Below are positions 1 through 12,118 of a DNA stretch of 32,000 nucleotides, piece by piece. The position numbers were made by a program, and so were the translations under genes. Location: positions 2,130,001 to 2,162,000 of the forward strand of contig CP149973.1 of assembly GCA_029269845.2 (NCBI GenBank). Reading direction: 5' to 3'. The number at the start of each line of letters is the position of its first letter. The stretch's first letter is position 1. The DNA comes from Opitutia bacterium KCR 482 (GTDB taxonomy: Bacteria > Verrucomicrobiota > Verrucomicrobiia > Opitutales > Intestinicryptomonadaceae). A model generated the notes under the pieces. That model saw nothing but the letters and a program-made list of their open reading frames with translations, was not told the DNA's origin and searched no databases.

Positions 1-1019
1 TTGTTTACATATTCCAGCGACAATTCGATTTGCCTTTTCGCGACTTGCCACAAGTCCCGCGCAGTTTCGTAATCGTTTGTGTCTTTCAGGTATTCGAGAA
101 GTGTGCTGTTAAACAGCAAACTGTACGATATGCAGTTCGATTTTTGCGGGTGGGGGAACGGCTCTTCAAAACAGCACGGGTATACGAAGCCGTTTTTGCC
201 TGAAATTGCCGCAAACAGATACAAACATCTCTTGGTGAGCTTGAAATTCTTGAACGTTTTTGCGTTTGCGAGAGATTCCAAATACAAATCGCCAAGCCAG
301 AGGCGTTTGTCGCGCTTGGGGCCGTCTTCGTAAACGGTTTGCATGCATTCGGAAAGCGTCTTTAACGCAACTTTGTATATGTCTGCAATTTCTTTTGACG
401 CCGATTTCGGCAATGTATCGGGAACATTGCTTGCCGATGTTTGGGCAACAACAAACATATCGTCTATCGCAAAATCGAATCCGGAGTATCCCAAAAGTTC
501 TATTTTTAGGTATCTGAATGAAACTCTGCGCGGGATTGTAAACGACTTGCCCATTTCGGTCAAAGTTATCGTTTCGTCTTGCATCCATGCGCGGGAGAGC
601 GCGCCCTTCCACGGGTCTAACGGCGTATTCAGTTCGGCGGGGAGTTCGCCGAAAAAGAATTTAATTCTTACGGGCGCGTCCGCGGGAGTGTTGAAGAGTT
701 TTGTTTTAAACGTAAAATAGCCCGTGTAATGGTCTCCGAAATCGAGCGTGATGGTCTTGATTTTTCGGAAATCCGTCTTGTACAAGTCTTCGATTTTCCG
801 CCCGCTTTTTACGAATTTAATTCCCTGAAATGCCGAAGAATCTTTTTGCGGTTCTACGACGAATTTGGGGCGCACCGTTTTGTGGGTTAGCTCGGGTTTT
901 AAACTTTCCGCCTTTTGCAACCAATCGTTGCGTTGCTTGCCGAAATAGTCGGCCTGTGTTTCCGAAGCATTTAAAATTCCGATACAAACAAAAGATAAGA
1001 CAATCCCAATTAGTTTCAT
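1..1019 (-). CDS. Secreted glycoside hydrolase-like protein, N-terminal part (GH78 alpha-L-rhamnosidase-like (alpha/alpha)6 family); the 3' end lies beyond the window start
   Basis: Minus-strand frame is open from the ATG at 1019-1017 to the window edge. It is absent from the ORF track because there is no stop in the window. My translation starts MKLIGIVLSFVCIGILNASE (signal-peptide-like). It later contains EDGPKRDKRLWLGDLYLES, which resembles the D-x-P-x-R-D-E-R-x-x-W-x-GD motif at the start of the GH78 catalytic barrel. The family call rests on motif memory only. Confidence 0.6.
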   Translation of the reverse strand, partial: MKLIGIVLSFVCIGILNASETQADYFGKQRNDWLQKAESLKPELTHKTVRPKFVVEPQKDSSAFQGIKFVKSGRKIEDLYKTDFRKIKTITLDFGDHYTGYFTFKTKLFNTPADAPVRIKFFFGELPAELNTPLDPWKGALSRAWMQDETITLTEMGKSFTIPRRVSFRYLKIELLGYSGFDFAIDDMFVVAQTSASNVPDTLPKSASKEIADIYKVALKTLSECMQTVYEDGPKRDKRLWLGDLYLESLANAKTFKNFKLTKRCLYLFAAISGKNGFVYPCCFEEPFPHPQKSNCISYSLLFNSTLLEYLKDTNDYETARDLWQVAKRQIELSLEYVN

Positions 1020-1091
1020 ATTGACTACAAACTATCGGAAAGCGGATTGCTTTCAAGGAAATTTTCAATATCCCTAAACGCACATTTCTGG

Positions 1092-1117
1092 ATTATAGTT
1101 GGACATTTTTGATTATA
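1092..1117 (-). promoter_or_regulatory. Candidate promoter for the GH78-like gene: two perfect TATAAT boxes on the minus strand
   Basis: Plus-strand attata at 1092-1097 and 1112-1117 reads TATAAT on the minus strand. The two boxes are 20 bp apart and about 70-95 nt upstream of the ATG at 1019, in an AT-rich intergenic region. No convincing -35 element. Confidence 0.3.
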
Positions 1118-1150
1118 CTTCAAACGGAATAAAGCGCGGTTCTCCATCGC

Positions 1151-1186
1151 AAAAAAAAAGACATTACTTGTTCGTAATGTCTTTTT
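1151..1186 (-). terminator. Rho-independent terminator ending the gspE-gspE-gspF operon (structurally bidirectional)
   Basis: Perfect 9-bp stem agacattac (1159-1167) / gtaatgtct (1174-1182) with a 6-nt loop. It is flanked by A9 (1151-1159) and T4 (1183-1186). On the minus strand the hairpin is followed by a 9-U tract, about 160 nt after the gspF stop. Confidence 0.75.
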
Positions 1187-1345
1187 GAGCTCGTAGTTTG
1201 AGACTGTGGGACTCGTGATTTGGCGTAATGATTTTGCCGCTAAAAAGGCGGCGCAAGGTTGGCGGCGGGGCGCAGCGTACTTGTGTACGTAAGCGTCGCC
1301 GAACGACCGCAGCGACGCCTTTTTAGCCCAAAAGCATTCGCCAAA

Positions 1346-2590
1346 TCAACCGCCGGTCAACTTTTGGATAATTTGAATGATGGGGAGGAAGAGGGCGATA
1401 ACGATAGTACCTACGACGACCGCAAGGAAGACAATCATGATAGGTTCGATGACCGACGTTATGCCGCCGACGGCGTTGTCGACCTCTTCGTCGTAGTTGT
1501 CCGCAATGCGGTTGAGCATTTCGGAGAGCTGACCCGTTTCTTCGCCGACTTCGACCATGCTCGTCACCATCGTGGGAAAAATCTTCTGCTGGTCGAGGGG
1601 AGCGGCGAGGGGCTCGCCGTCGCGCACGCGGTCGTGAACGCGGACGAGGGCGTCGGAGATAACGCTGTTTTTGATTGTGCCGCGGGTAATGTTGAGCGCT
1701 TCGAGAATCGGGACGCCCGAAGCGAGCAGCGTGCCGAATGTGCGTGTGAAGCGGGCGACGGTCGATTTCATCACGAGGTCGCCGAATTTGGGGAGCTTCA
1801 AGCCCGCGATATCCCAGAGCCGCTGCCCGACTTTCGTTTTGAAGAAAATTTTGAACGCGGCAATCACGGCAACGACAATGCCGAGGGTGGCGATGTAGTT
1901 TTCCTTCATGAAGTCGGAAATGTTGATAATGCCCTGAGTGAGCGCGGGCATGGGCGCGCCGTTGAGCATGTCGGAGAAGATTTTCTGGAACTGCGGAACG
2001 ACGAAAATCATGAGGATTACGACGATTGCCACCGCGACCGTCAAAATCACGATGGGATAGACCATCGCGCTCTTGACCTTGTTTGTGGTCTTCATCGCCT
2101 TTTCCTGGAAAGTCGCAAGACGGTCGAGAACGACGTCGAGCACGCCGCCCGCTTCGCCCGCGCGAGCCATGTTGACATAGAGCTTGTCGAAGACCTTGGG
2201 GTGCTGTTGGAGGCCGTCGGAGAACTTATTACCCGTGCGCACGGCGTCGGCGAGGTTTTCGACGATGTCCTTAAAATAGGGGTTTTTTTCCTGCCTGCCG
2301 ATAACTTCGAGCGAGCGCAGGAGCGGCAGACCCGCTTTGAGCAGGGTCGCGAGCTGGCGCGAAAAAATTGTTACATTTTCGCTTGTGACGCCCGTGCCGA
2401 ATATGGGCTTGCGCTGCTTTTTTGCGGCAGCCGCCTTTTTTTCGGACTGAACCGCAACTTCCGTGAGCCTCGACACCGTAAGTCCCTGTTCGGACAGTTC
2501 CTTGCGGGCGCGGCTTTCGCTTGTCGATTCTATTACGCCGCTCGATTCGCGACCGTCTTTGTCAAGAGCCGAATATTTGAATTTAGCCAT
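1346..2590 (-). CDS. gspF: Type II secretion / type IV pilus platform protein, GspF/PilC family
   Basis: 414-aa ORF with an ATG start. N-terminus MAKFKYSALDKDGRESSGVIES is typical of the family. Three hydrophobic segments (MVYPIVILTVAVAIVVILMIFVVP, YIATLGIVVAVIAAFKIFF, VIEPIMIVFLAVVVGTIVIALFLPI). Lies directly downstream of two GspE-type ATPases. Confidence 0.93.
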   Translation of the reverse strand: MAKFKYSALDKDGRESSGVIESTSESRARKELSEQGLTVSRLTEVAVQSEKKAAAAKKQRKPIFGTGVTSENVTIFSRQLATLLKAGLPLLRSLEVIGRQEKNPYFKDIVENLADAVRTGNKFSDGLQQHPKVFDKLYVNMARAGEAGGVLDVVLDRLATFQEKAMKTTNKVKSAMVYPIVILTVAVAIVVILMIFVVPQFQKIFSDMLNGAPMPALTQGIINISDFMKENYIATLGIVVAVIAAFKIFFKTKVGQRLWDIAGLKLPKFGDLVMKSTVARFTRTFGTLLASGVPILEALNITRGTIKNSVISDALVRVHDRVRDGEPLAAPLDQQKIFPTMVTSMVEVGEETGQLSEMLNRIADNYDEEVDNAVGGITSVIEPIMIVFLAVVVGTIVIALFLPIIQIIQKLTGG

Positions 2591-2617
2591 AAGTTTAATT
2601 TGTTGGAGGGGTTTTTA

Positions 2618-4300
<1,683 letters not shown>

Positions 4301-4312
4301 TTCCGTAAAATC

Positions 4313-6028
4313 CTATGATTCGTTCATTGTGACTTTGAGGACTTCGTCCGCGGTGGTAAGGCCGCTGGCGACTTTTCGCACGCCGTCCTCCCTCATGATT
4401 CTCATGCCGAGCTCGCGCGCTTTCGTGCGCAGTTCCACGAGCGTTCTGCCTTCGTAAATCATCTGTTGGAGTTCTTCGTTTACGATGAAAATTTCGAAAA
4501 TGCCCATGCGGCCGCGGTAGCCTATGCCGTTGCACTTCGGGCAGCCTTCGCCGTGGTAGAACGTCATGCCGGCGGCGGCGATTTCGTTTATGCCGATAGC
4601 CTGCAAGACGTGCGGGTCGGGCGAGTAGACCGTTTTGCAGTGCACGCAGGTCTTGCGGACGAGTCGCTGCGCGAGAGCCGCGCGGAGAGACGCGCTCACA
4701 AGGAAGGGCTTTACGCCGATATCCACAAGACGCGTTACCGCGCTGGGCGCGTCGTTTGTGTGGAGCGTGCTGAAAACCATGTGGCCGGTGAGCGATGCGT
4801 TGATTGCAATTTCGGCGGTTTCCAAATCTCGAATTTCGCCTATCATGATGATGTTCGGCGCTTGGCGCAGCATAGAGCGCAGAGCCGCCGCGAACGTCAT
4901 GCCGACCTCCCTGCGAACCTGAACCTGATTGATGCCCGTCATCTGGTATTCGACAGGGTCTTCAACCGTGATGATTTTGCGGTCGGGGTGGTTGAGGTAG
5001 TTCAACGCCGAGTAGAGCGTTGTCGATTTACCCGAACCCGTAGGCCCTGTAACAAGGAAAATGCCGTCCGCCATGCCGACTATTCTTTCGAAAACCGCCT
5101 GGTCGTCGGAGAAGAAGCCGAGTTCGGGAAGACCGAGCCTCAGCCCCTCCTTGTCGAGAATACGCATGACGATACTTTCGCCGAAGACCGTCGGGAGGCT
5201 CGATACGCGCAAGTCGATTTCCTTTTTATTATATACAATCTGAATGCGGCCGTCCTGCGGAACGCGCTTTTCGGCAATCGAAATGTTCGCCATCAGTTTC
5301 AGACGTGAGATAATCGACGGTTGCAGGCGTTTGGGCGGATTTTCCACTTCGATGAGCACGCCGTCGATGCGGTAGCGGATTCGGAAGCGTTTTTCGAGCG
5401 GTTCGAGGTGAATATCGCTCGCCCGCCTTTTGACCGCCTCTGTAATGAGCTTGTGGACGTAGCGGATAATGGGTGCTTCCTCTTCCGAGACGCCCGCTTC
5501 GTTGCCCGTTTCAAGCCCCTTGATTTCCTCCGACACTTCCGCGCCCTCCGTTCCCAAAATGTCGCCGTAGGCGTTGACGCCGTAGTGCTCGTCGATTGCG
5601 CTTTTGATGTCGGCGGGCGTGGCGATTCTGATGTCGATGGGCATTTTGAGCATGTGGCCGAGATTGTCCACAACGTCCATGTCCATGGGGTCGATGACCG
5701 CAAGTTCGAGCTGGCCGCCCGTGATTGCAATCGGAAAAACGTTGTATTTGCGCGCGTCCTCCTTCGAGATGAGGTTTTTTACGTCGTCGTCAACCGTGAG
5801 GTTTTGCAGTGAGATAAAAGGGACGTTGAATTCGTTTGCGAGCATGAACGAGATGTCGTCATACTTGCAGTATTTTCTTTCGACGAGCAGGTCGATAAGC
5901 TTGGAGTCCACATCGGCGGAGGTAGTGCCCTGCGAGAGCAGTTCTTCGCGGCATTGCGAAATAATGTCTGCGGACACAAGGCCTTTTTCCTCCATCAGTT
6001 GCAATACAAAATCGTCTGCGGATGTCAC
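4313..6028 (-). CDS. gspE: Second GspE/PilB-family secretion ATPase paralog (full-length)
   Basis: 571 aa. GTG start at 6028 with GGAGA 8 nt upstream. Walker [16 protein letters not shown], Asp box [10 protein letters not shown], Walker [13 protein letters not shown], His box [13 protein letters not shown], tetracysteine CVHC...CPKC. 12-nt gap to the next ATPase gene. Confidence 0.93.
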   Translation of the reverse strand: MTSADDFVLQLMEEKGLVSADIISQCREELLSQGTTSADVDSKLIDLLVERKYCKYDDISFMLANEFNVPFISLQNLTVDDDVKNLISKEDARKYNVFPIAITGGQLELAVIDPMDMDVVDNLGHMLKMPIDIRIATPADIKSAIDEHYGVNAYGDILGTEGAEVSEEIKGLETGNEAGVSEEEAPIIRYVHKLITEAVKRRASDIHLEPLEKRFRIRYRIDGVLIEVENPPKRLQPSIISRLKLMANISIAEKRVPQDGRIQIVYNKKEIDLRVSSLPTVFGESIVMRILDKEGLRLGLPELGFFSDDQAVFERIVGMADGIFLVTGPTGSGKSTTLYSALNYLNHPDRKIITVEDPVEYQMTGINQVQVRREVGMTFAAALRSMLRQAPNIIMIGEIRDLETAEIAINASLTGHMVFSTLHTNDAPSAVTRLVDIGVKPFLVSASLRAALAQRLVRKTCVHCKTVYSPDPHVLQAIGINEIAAAGMTFYHGEGCPKCNGIGYRGRMGIFEIFIVNEELQQMIYEGRTLVELRTKARELGMRIMREDGVRKVASGLTTADEVLKVTMNES

Positions 6029-6075
6029 TTGTTTATTCTCCGTTGGTAATAGGTGTTATAGTAGAAAAAAAAGCT

Positions 6076-6104
6076 ACATTAGTGGGACTTTGTAAATATT
6101 TCAA
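6076..6104 (-). promoter_or_regulatory. Candidate sigma70-type promoter of the gspE-gspE-gspF operon
   Basis: The minus strand reads TTGAAA (6104-6099), a 17-nt spacer, then TAATGT (6081-6076). It sits about 50 nt upstream of the GTG at 6028, in an AT-rich divergent intergenic region. Confidence 0.3.
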
Positions 6105-6243
6105 TCTTTGTTTTCGGAAATTTTTACGCCCGCCGCGCCGCGCGTGGGCATTCGGTGCGCGGACTGCTTGCGTTGGGGAATAGGCTGGCTGCGGCATGGC
6201 AATGCTCTGCTCCGACCGCCTATTTGCGGGGCGGCTTTTTGGC

Positions 6244-6272
6244 TTGACGGCAGGACTTGTTTTCGAGACAAT
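6244..6272 (+). promoter_or_regulatory. Candidate promoter of the lipoprotein gene
   Basis: TTGACG (6244-6249), a 17-nt spacer, then GACAAT (6267-6272), about 45 nt before the ATG at 6318. Confidence 0.25.
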
Positions 6273-6317
6273 CGTAGCGCATTTAGCAAATCAACCAGCA
6301 TCTCGGAGGGCGTTATT

Positions 6318-8066
6318 ATGAAATTTGTAGAAGCTATTTTGCGGGCGGCGTTGCTTGTCGCGGTTTTGGGCGCGTGCGCCGCGCCGTCCCCGCGCGGCGA
6401 AGTCGCGGTGGTGAGCTTTACTAAAAACGACAACACGGTGGAGTCGCGGACAGTCGCCCTCAAAAACATGCCCGACGGCGCGGCGCGTCTTGTCGTTCCC
6501 GCCGATTCCGTGCCGTCCGACGCAAAGCTGCTCGACATCGTACACCAAAACTTTACCGCGCAAAAGGGCGAGGACGGCTTCTGGCTTTTCCCGCGCGGCG
6601 AGTACGGCGTTTTCGATTCCGACAAGGGCGTATTTTCGTTCAAAAGTCTCATCATGCCGTTCTATGGAATCCAGACTCCGCGCGGAACGTACATCGGAAT
6701 CGTCAAGGGATTCCGTTTCGGGCTGTTCACGCGGGTGTCGGCGGACAAGGGCAAATACACGCTCTCGATGCGTTCCGACCTCTACAAAACCCCGGGAATC
6801 AAGCCCTACGAGGACATTATAATAGACTACTACAAGCTGGAAGGCAACGACGCAAATTACAGCGGAATTGCGCGTTTCTACCGCAAGTACCAGCTCGACC
6901 GCGGCGCGTGCAGGCTTCTCCGCGACCGCGTGAAGGAGCGTCCCGACTTGGCGTATCAGGCGGATTCCATTCCGATAAGAATCCAGTACCACGCCGCCAA
7001 GCAAAAGCCGAAGGAGGGCAAAAAAGAGCACTACACTGTGGCGGACGAGCCTCCCATGAAAGTGTTTTTGAATTTCGAGGACTCCGTGAAATTCGTAAAA
7101 GCCGTAAGGGACGCGGGCATAGACAAGGCGACGTTCTGCTCGGCGGGCTGGCAGAGCGGCGGCTACGACGGCCGCTTTCCCGACATCTTCCCGATTGACG
7201 CCGAACTCGGCGGCGAGGAGGGGCTGAAAAAATTTACCGCCGCCGTCCGTGCCATGGGCTACCTCATTTCCGCCCACACAAACAGCACCGACTGCTATTC
7301 GTGCTCGCGCATTTGGACCGAGGACATGGTTTGCCGCAATCCCGACGGCACTCTTGCCAAGAACGGCATTTGGTGCGGGGGCAGGGCGTACAATCTCTGC
7401 CTGAAATACGCATGGGACAACTTTCTGCCGCGCCAGCTCGACGACATGAAGCGGCTCGGCTTCACAGGCCCGCACTACATCGACGTATTCACCGCGGTAA
7501 ACCCCTATGCGTGCTACAACCCGAAGCACGCAATCAACGCAAAGCAGGCGGCTGAGTACCAAGACAAAATAGCGCAAAAGTGCGTGGAAAACTTCGGCGG
7601 ATTCTCGTCGGAGAGCGGTTTCGACCACATCATAGACAAGCTCGACTACTGCAACTATGTGGGCAACAGAATACAATACGAAGGAGCGCGCCCGCTGATA
7701 AAACGCGTGCTCCCAATTTGGGAAATTGTTTACCACGGCATTGTTCTATACAATCCCGACCGCTACACGCAGCAGGACATCACCGCCGACAAAAGGAAAA
7801 TTTTAAGGCTCATGGAGTTCGGCGGACGCCCGATTATCTACACAAACAAATTCGAGCGCATTCCCGCAATCGCCAAGCTTTACGAATTGTACAAGCCCGT
7901 GCGCAAATTGCAGTTTGAGACAATGGAATCGCACTCGGAAATTTCAAAAGACGTGTACATTACAAAATACGGCAACGGCGCGGAATCGGTATGCAACTAC
8001 TCCGGAAAGCCCTTCGAATATCGGGGCGAAAAGATTGCGCCGCTCGGCTACAAATTCTTCTTCTGA
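6318..8066 (+). CDS. Lipoprotein of unknown function, possibly a TIM-barrel glycoside-hydrolase-like protein (DUF5696-like, uncertain)
   Basis: ATG at 6318 preceded by GGAGGG (6305-6310). N-terminus MKFVEAILRAALLVAVLGAC has a lipobox (LGAC). The 582-aa product contains FCSAGWQSGGYDGRFPDIFPID...GYLISAHTNSTD, which is reminiscent of glycosidase-like barrels. The TTG-initiated extension back to 6108 is rejected. Confidence 0.7.
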   Translation: MKFVEAILRAALLVAVLGACAAPSPRGEVAVVSFTKNDNTVESRTVALKNMPDGAARLVVPADSVPSDAKLLDIVHQNFTAQKGEDGFWLFPRGEYGVFDSDKGVFSFKSLIMPFYGIQTPRGTYIGIVKGFRFGLFTRVSADKGKYTLSMRSDLYKTPGIKPYEDIIIDYYKLEGNDANYSGIARFYRKYQLDRGACRLLRDRVKERPDLAYQADSIPIRIQYHAAKQKPKEGKKEHYTVADEPPMKVFLNFEDSVKFVKAVRDAGIDKATFCSAGWQSGGYDGRFPDIFPIDAELGGEEGLKKFTAAVRAMGYLISAHTNSTDCYSCSRIWTEDMVCRNPDGTLAKNGIWCGGRAYNLCLKYAWDNFLPRQLDDMKRLGFTGPHYIDVFTAVNPYACYNPKHAINAKQAAEYQDKIAQKCVENFGGFSSESGFDHIIDKLDYCNYVGNRIQYEGARPLIKRVLPIWEIVYHGIVLYNPDRYTQQDITADKRKILRLMEFGGRPIIYTNKFERIPAIAKLYELYKPVRKLQFETMESHSEISKDVYITKYGNGAESVCNYSGKPFEYRGEKIAPLGYKFFF

Positions 8067-8252
8067 GTTCGGCGCAATCGCAACGCGTCGGTTGCGTTTC
8101 GGAATTTTGCGCCGTGTTCCCAAAACTGGGAAATTTGCGGTTTTGCCGCCGTTGCGGCATGCGAAACCGCGGGCGCGATTTTTTTTGCGCGTTGCGCGAT
8201 ATTGTGATAGAAAAAGCTTTTAATTTCGGCGCATCGGTTCATATTCGGAGGA

Positions 8253-9785
8253 ATGAAGAATTTTTATCTGACAACCGCAATAGATTACGCCAACGGCTCT
8301 CCCCACCTCGGACACGCTTACGAAAAAGTCCTCGCAGACGTCATCGTGCGCTGCAAACGGCTTTCGGGAATGCCCGTCCACTTCCTCACGGGGCTTGACG
8401 AGCACGGTCAAAAGGTTCAGCAGAGCGCGCGCAAGGCGGGCGTCGCCCCCGTGGAATTTTGCGACGAACAGGCGGAAAAATTCACCACAATGTGCAGGCT
8501 TCTCGAAATCTCGAACGACGACTATATCCGCACGTCGCAGCCGCGCCACATCAAGGTTGTCCGCGAGATTCTCCAAATGCTCTTCGACAAGGGCGACATC
8601 TACAAGGCGGAATACAAGGGCTTTTACTCGGCGCGTCAGGAGCAGTTCTTGCAGGAAAAGGACAGGGTTGACGGCAAATGGCCCGAAATTTTCGGGGAAG
8701 TCGTGGAAATCACCGAAAGCAACTACTTCTTCAAAATCCGCCAGTATCAGGACTGGCTCGTAGATTTTCTCGACAAAAACGAAGACTTCATCTTCCCGCG
8801 CTTCCGCGCAAAGCAGGTCAAGGAGTTCCTCAAAGAGCCGCTCAACGATCTTTGCATTTCGCGCCCGAAAGAGCGTCTTGAATGGGGCATTGAGCTTCCC
8901 TTCGACCCGAACTACGTAACCTATGTCTGGTTCGACGCCCTCGTAAACTACATTTCGGCGGTCGGCTACGGCACGGAAGAATTCGCGAAAAACTGGCCTG
9001 CCGACTTCCACGTTATCGGCAAGGACATTCTCGTTCCGCCGCACGCGGTCTACTGGCCGATAATGCTCCACGCGGCGGGAATAGAGCTGCCGAAATCGCT
9101 GTTGGTTCACGGCTGGTGGATGTCGTCGGGCGAAAAGATGTCGAAGAGCCTGGGCAACATCGTAAACCCGCTCGACTTGGTCGAAAAATTCGGCGTAGAC
9201 CCGTTCAGATACTTCCTCATGCGCGAAATGAACGTCGGGCAGGACTCCGACTTTTCGTTCGACCTCTTCCTCACGCGCTACACGTCCGACCTCGGCAACG
9301 ACCTCGGCAACCTGCTCAGCCGCCTGCTGAACATGGGCAAACGCTACTGCGAAAGCGTCGTTCCCGCAGCGGAGGTCGAGGAGGATTTCGAGAAGTCGCT
9401 CAAAACGCTCGCTGACGAAACAGCCGACGAAGTTTTGAAACTCTACGACGGCATGCAGTTCCACATCGCGCTCGAAAAGACCTTCAATTTTATCCGCGCG
9501 ATAAACAGGTACGCCGAACAGCGCGCGCCGTGGAAGCTGGCAAAGAGCGGGGCGGAGTCCGACAAAAAACTGCTGGCGGCGACCCTCGCGAACATGGCGG
9601 AGGCTCTGCGCGTTTCGGCGGTGCTTCTCGCGCCCGTAATGCCGAACGTTTCCGAGAAAATCCTCACGCTTTTGGGCTTGGGGAAAATCGAAAAATTCGA
9701 GGGCAACACAAAGTGGTCGAATGTTCTCGAAGGCAAAACACTCGGAGCGCAGGAAATTCTCTTCCCGCGCCCCGCAGCCGAATAG
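8253..9785 (+). CDS. metG: Methionine--tRNA ligase (short form)
   Basis: 510 aa. N-terminus MKNFYLTTAIDYANGSPHLGHAYEKVLADV carries the HIGH-type HLGH motif. KMSKS motif present (GEKMSKSLGNIV). GGAGGA lies just upstream of the ATG. Confidence 0.96.
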   Translation: MKNFYLTTAIDYANGSPHLGHAYEKVLADVIVRCKRLSGMPVHFLTGLDEHGQKVQQSARKAGVAPVEFCDEQAEKFTTMCRLLEISNDDYIRTSQPRHIKVVREILQMLFDKGDIYKAEYKGFYSARQEQFLQEKDRVDGKWPEIFGEVVEITESNYFFKIRQYQDWLVDFLDKNEDFIFPRFRAKQVKEFLKEPLNDLCISRPKERLEWGIELPFDPNYVTYVWFDALVNYISAVGYGTEEFAKNWPADFHVIGKDILVPPHAVYWPIMLHAAGIELPKSLLVHGWWMSSGEKMSKSLGNIVNPLDLVEKFGVDPFRYFLMREMNVGQDSDFSFDLFLTRYTSDLGNDLGNLLSRLLNMGKRYCESVVPAAEVEEDFEKSLKTLADETADEVLKLYDGMQFHIALEKTFNFIRAINRYAEQRAPWKLAKSGAESDKKLLAATLANMAEALRVSAVLLAPVMPNVSEKILTLLGLGKIEKFEGNTKWSNVLEGKTLGAQEILFPRPAAE

Positions 9786-11539
<1,754 letters not shown>

Positions 11540-11540
<1 letters not shown>

Positions 11541-11980
11541 TGGCTGAAAAGTGGGCAAGCGAACTCTTCAAATGCGGATATAACTGCTCGCAGTCGGTGT
11601 TTGCCGCGCACGCGGCGAAATTCGGCATAGATACCGCGACCGCCCTGAAACTGTCCGCGCCTCTGGGCGGCGGAGTGGGGCGCATGCGCGAAGTCTGCGG
11701 CGCGTTTTCGGCGTGCGCAATGCTGCTCGGCTTGAAAGAGGCGTCCGACGACGCCTCGCCCGAAAAGAAGCGGAAAATCTACGAGCGCACCCAGCAGCTC
11801 GCCGAGGAATTCAGGCGGGAGAACGGATCGATAATCTGCCGCGAAATCCTGAAACTGCAAAAGGACGCGCCCATGTCGCCGACTCCCTACGCCCGCACGG
11901 CGGAATACTACGCAAAACGCCCGTGCCTGCGAGTGGTGGAGTCCGCCGACGCGCTCGCGCGGGAGTTCCTTTCGCGGTAA
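11540..11980 (+). CDS. C_GCAxxG_C_C family putative redox-active protein
   Basis: 146 aa. ELFKCGYNCSQSVFAAHA ... GGGVGRMREVCGAFSACAMLLG matches the family signature. The start overlaps the thiC stop (TAATG). Confidence 0.85.
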
Positions 11981-11995
11981 ATTTGCATTTCTGCG

Positions 11996-12029
11996 CCGCG
12001 CCGCCCGATTTCGGCGCGGTTATTTTTTT
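11996..12029 (+). terminator. Rho-independent terminator after the metG-thiC-C_GCAxxG_C_C unit
   Basis: 8-bp GC stem ccgcgccg (11996-12003) / cggcgcgg (12012-12019), 8-nt loop, followed by ttattttttt. Confidence 0.8.
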
Positions 12030-12081
12030 GACAAATTACGCCGAATCTTGCCGCAAAGCAATTGCGCGGAAGCGGTTTTGC

Positions 12082-12110
12082 TTGACGCGGTTTTGGAGCG
12101 TCGTTTTAAT
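12082..12110 (+). promoter_or_regulatory. Candidate promoter of beta-helix gene A (very short or no leader)
   Basis: TTGACG (12082-12087), a 17-nt spacer, then TTTAAT (12105-12110). The ATG is at 12119, only 8 nt after the -10 box. Confidence 0.3.
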
Positions 12111-12118
12111 ATCTCCAT

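Noticed and set aside
6108-6317. TTG-initiated 70-codon N-terminal extension of the lipoprotein ORF
   Set aside because: The extension is Arg/Cys/Trp-rich and non-hydrophobic and overlaps the putative promoter. The ATG at 6318 has a GGAGGG RBS and gives a textbook lipoprotein signal peptide.
8067-8252. T-box or other leader upstream of metG
   Set aside because: The 186-nt leader has small hairpins (cgcaac/gttgcg at 8079-8096, and GC-rich stems before a T8 run at 8179-8186). It has no T-box consensus (AATTAGGGTGGTACCGCG-like) or specifier architecture. The hairpins are more simply explained as the terminator of the upstream gene plus the metG promoter.
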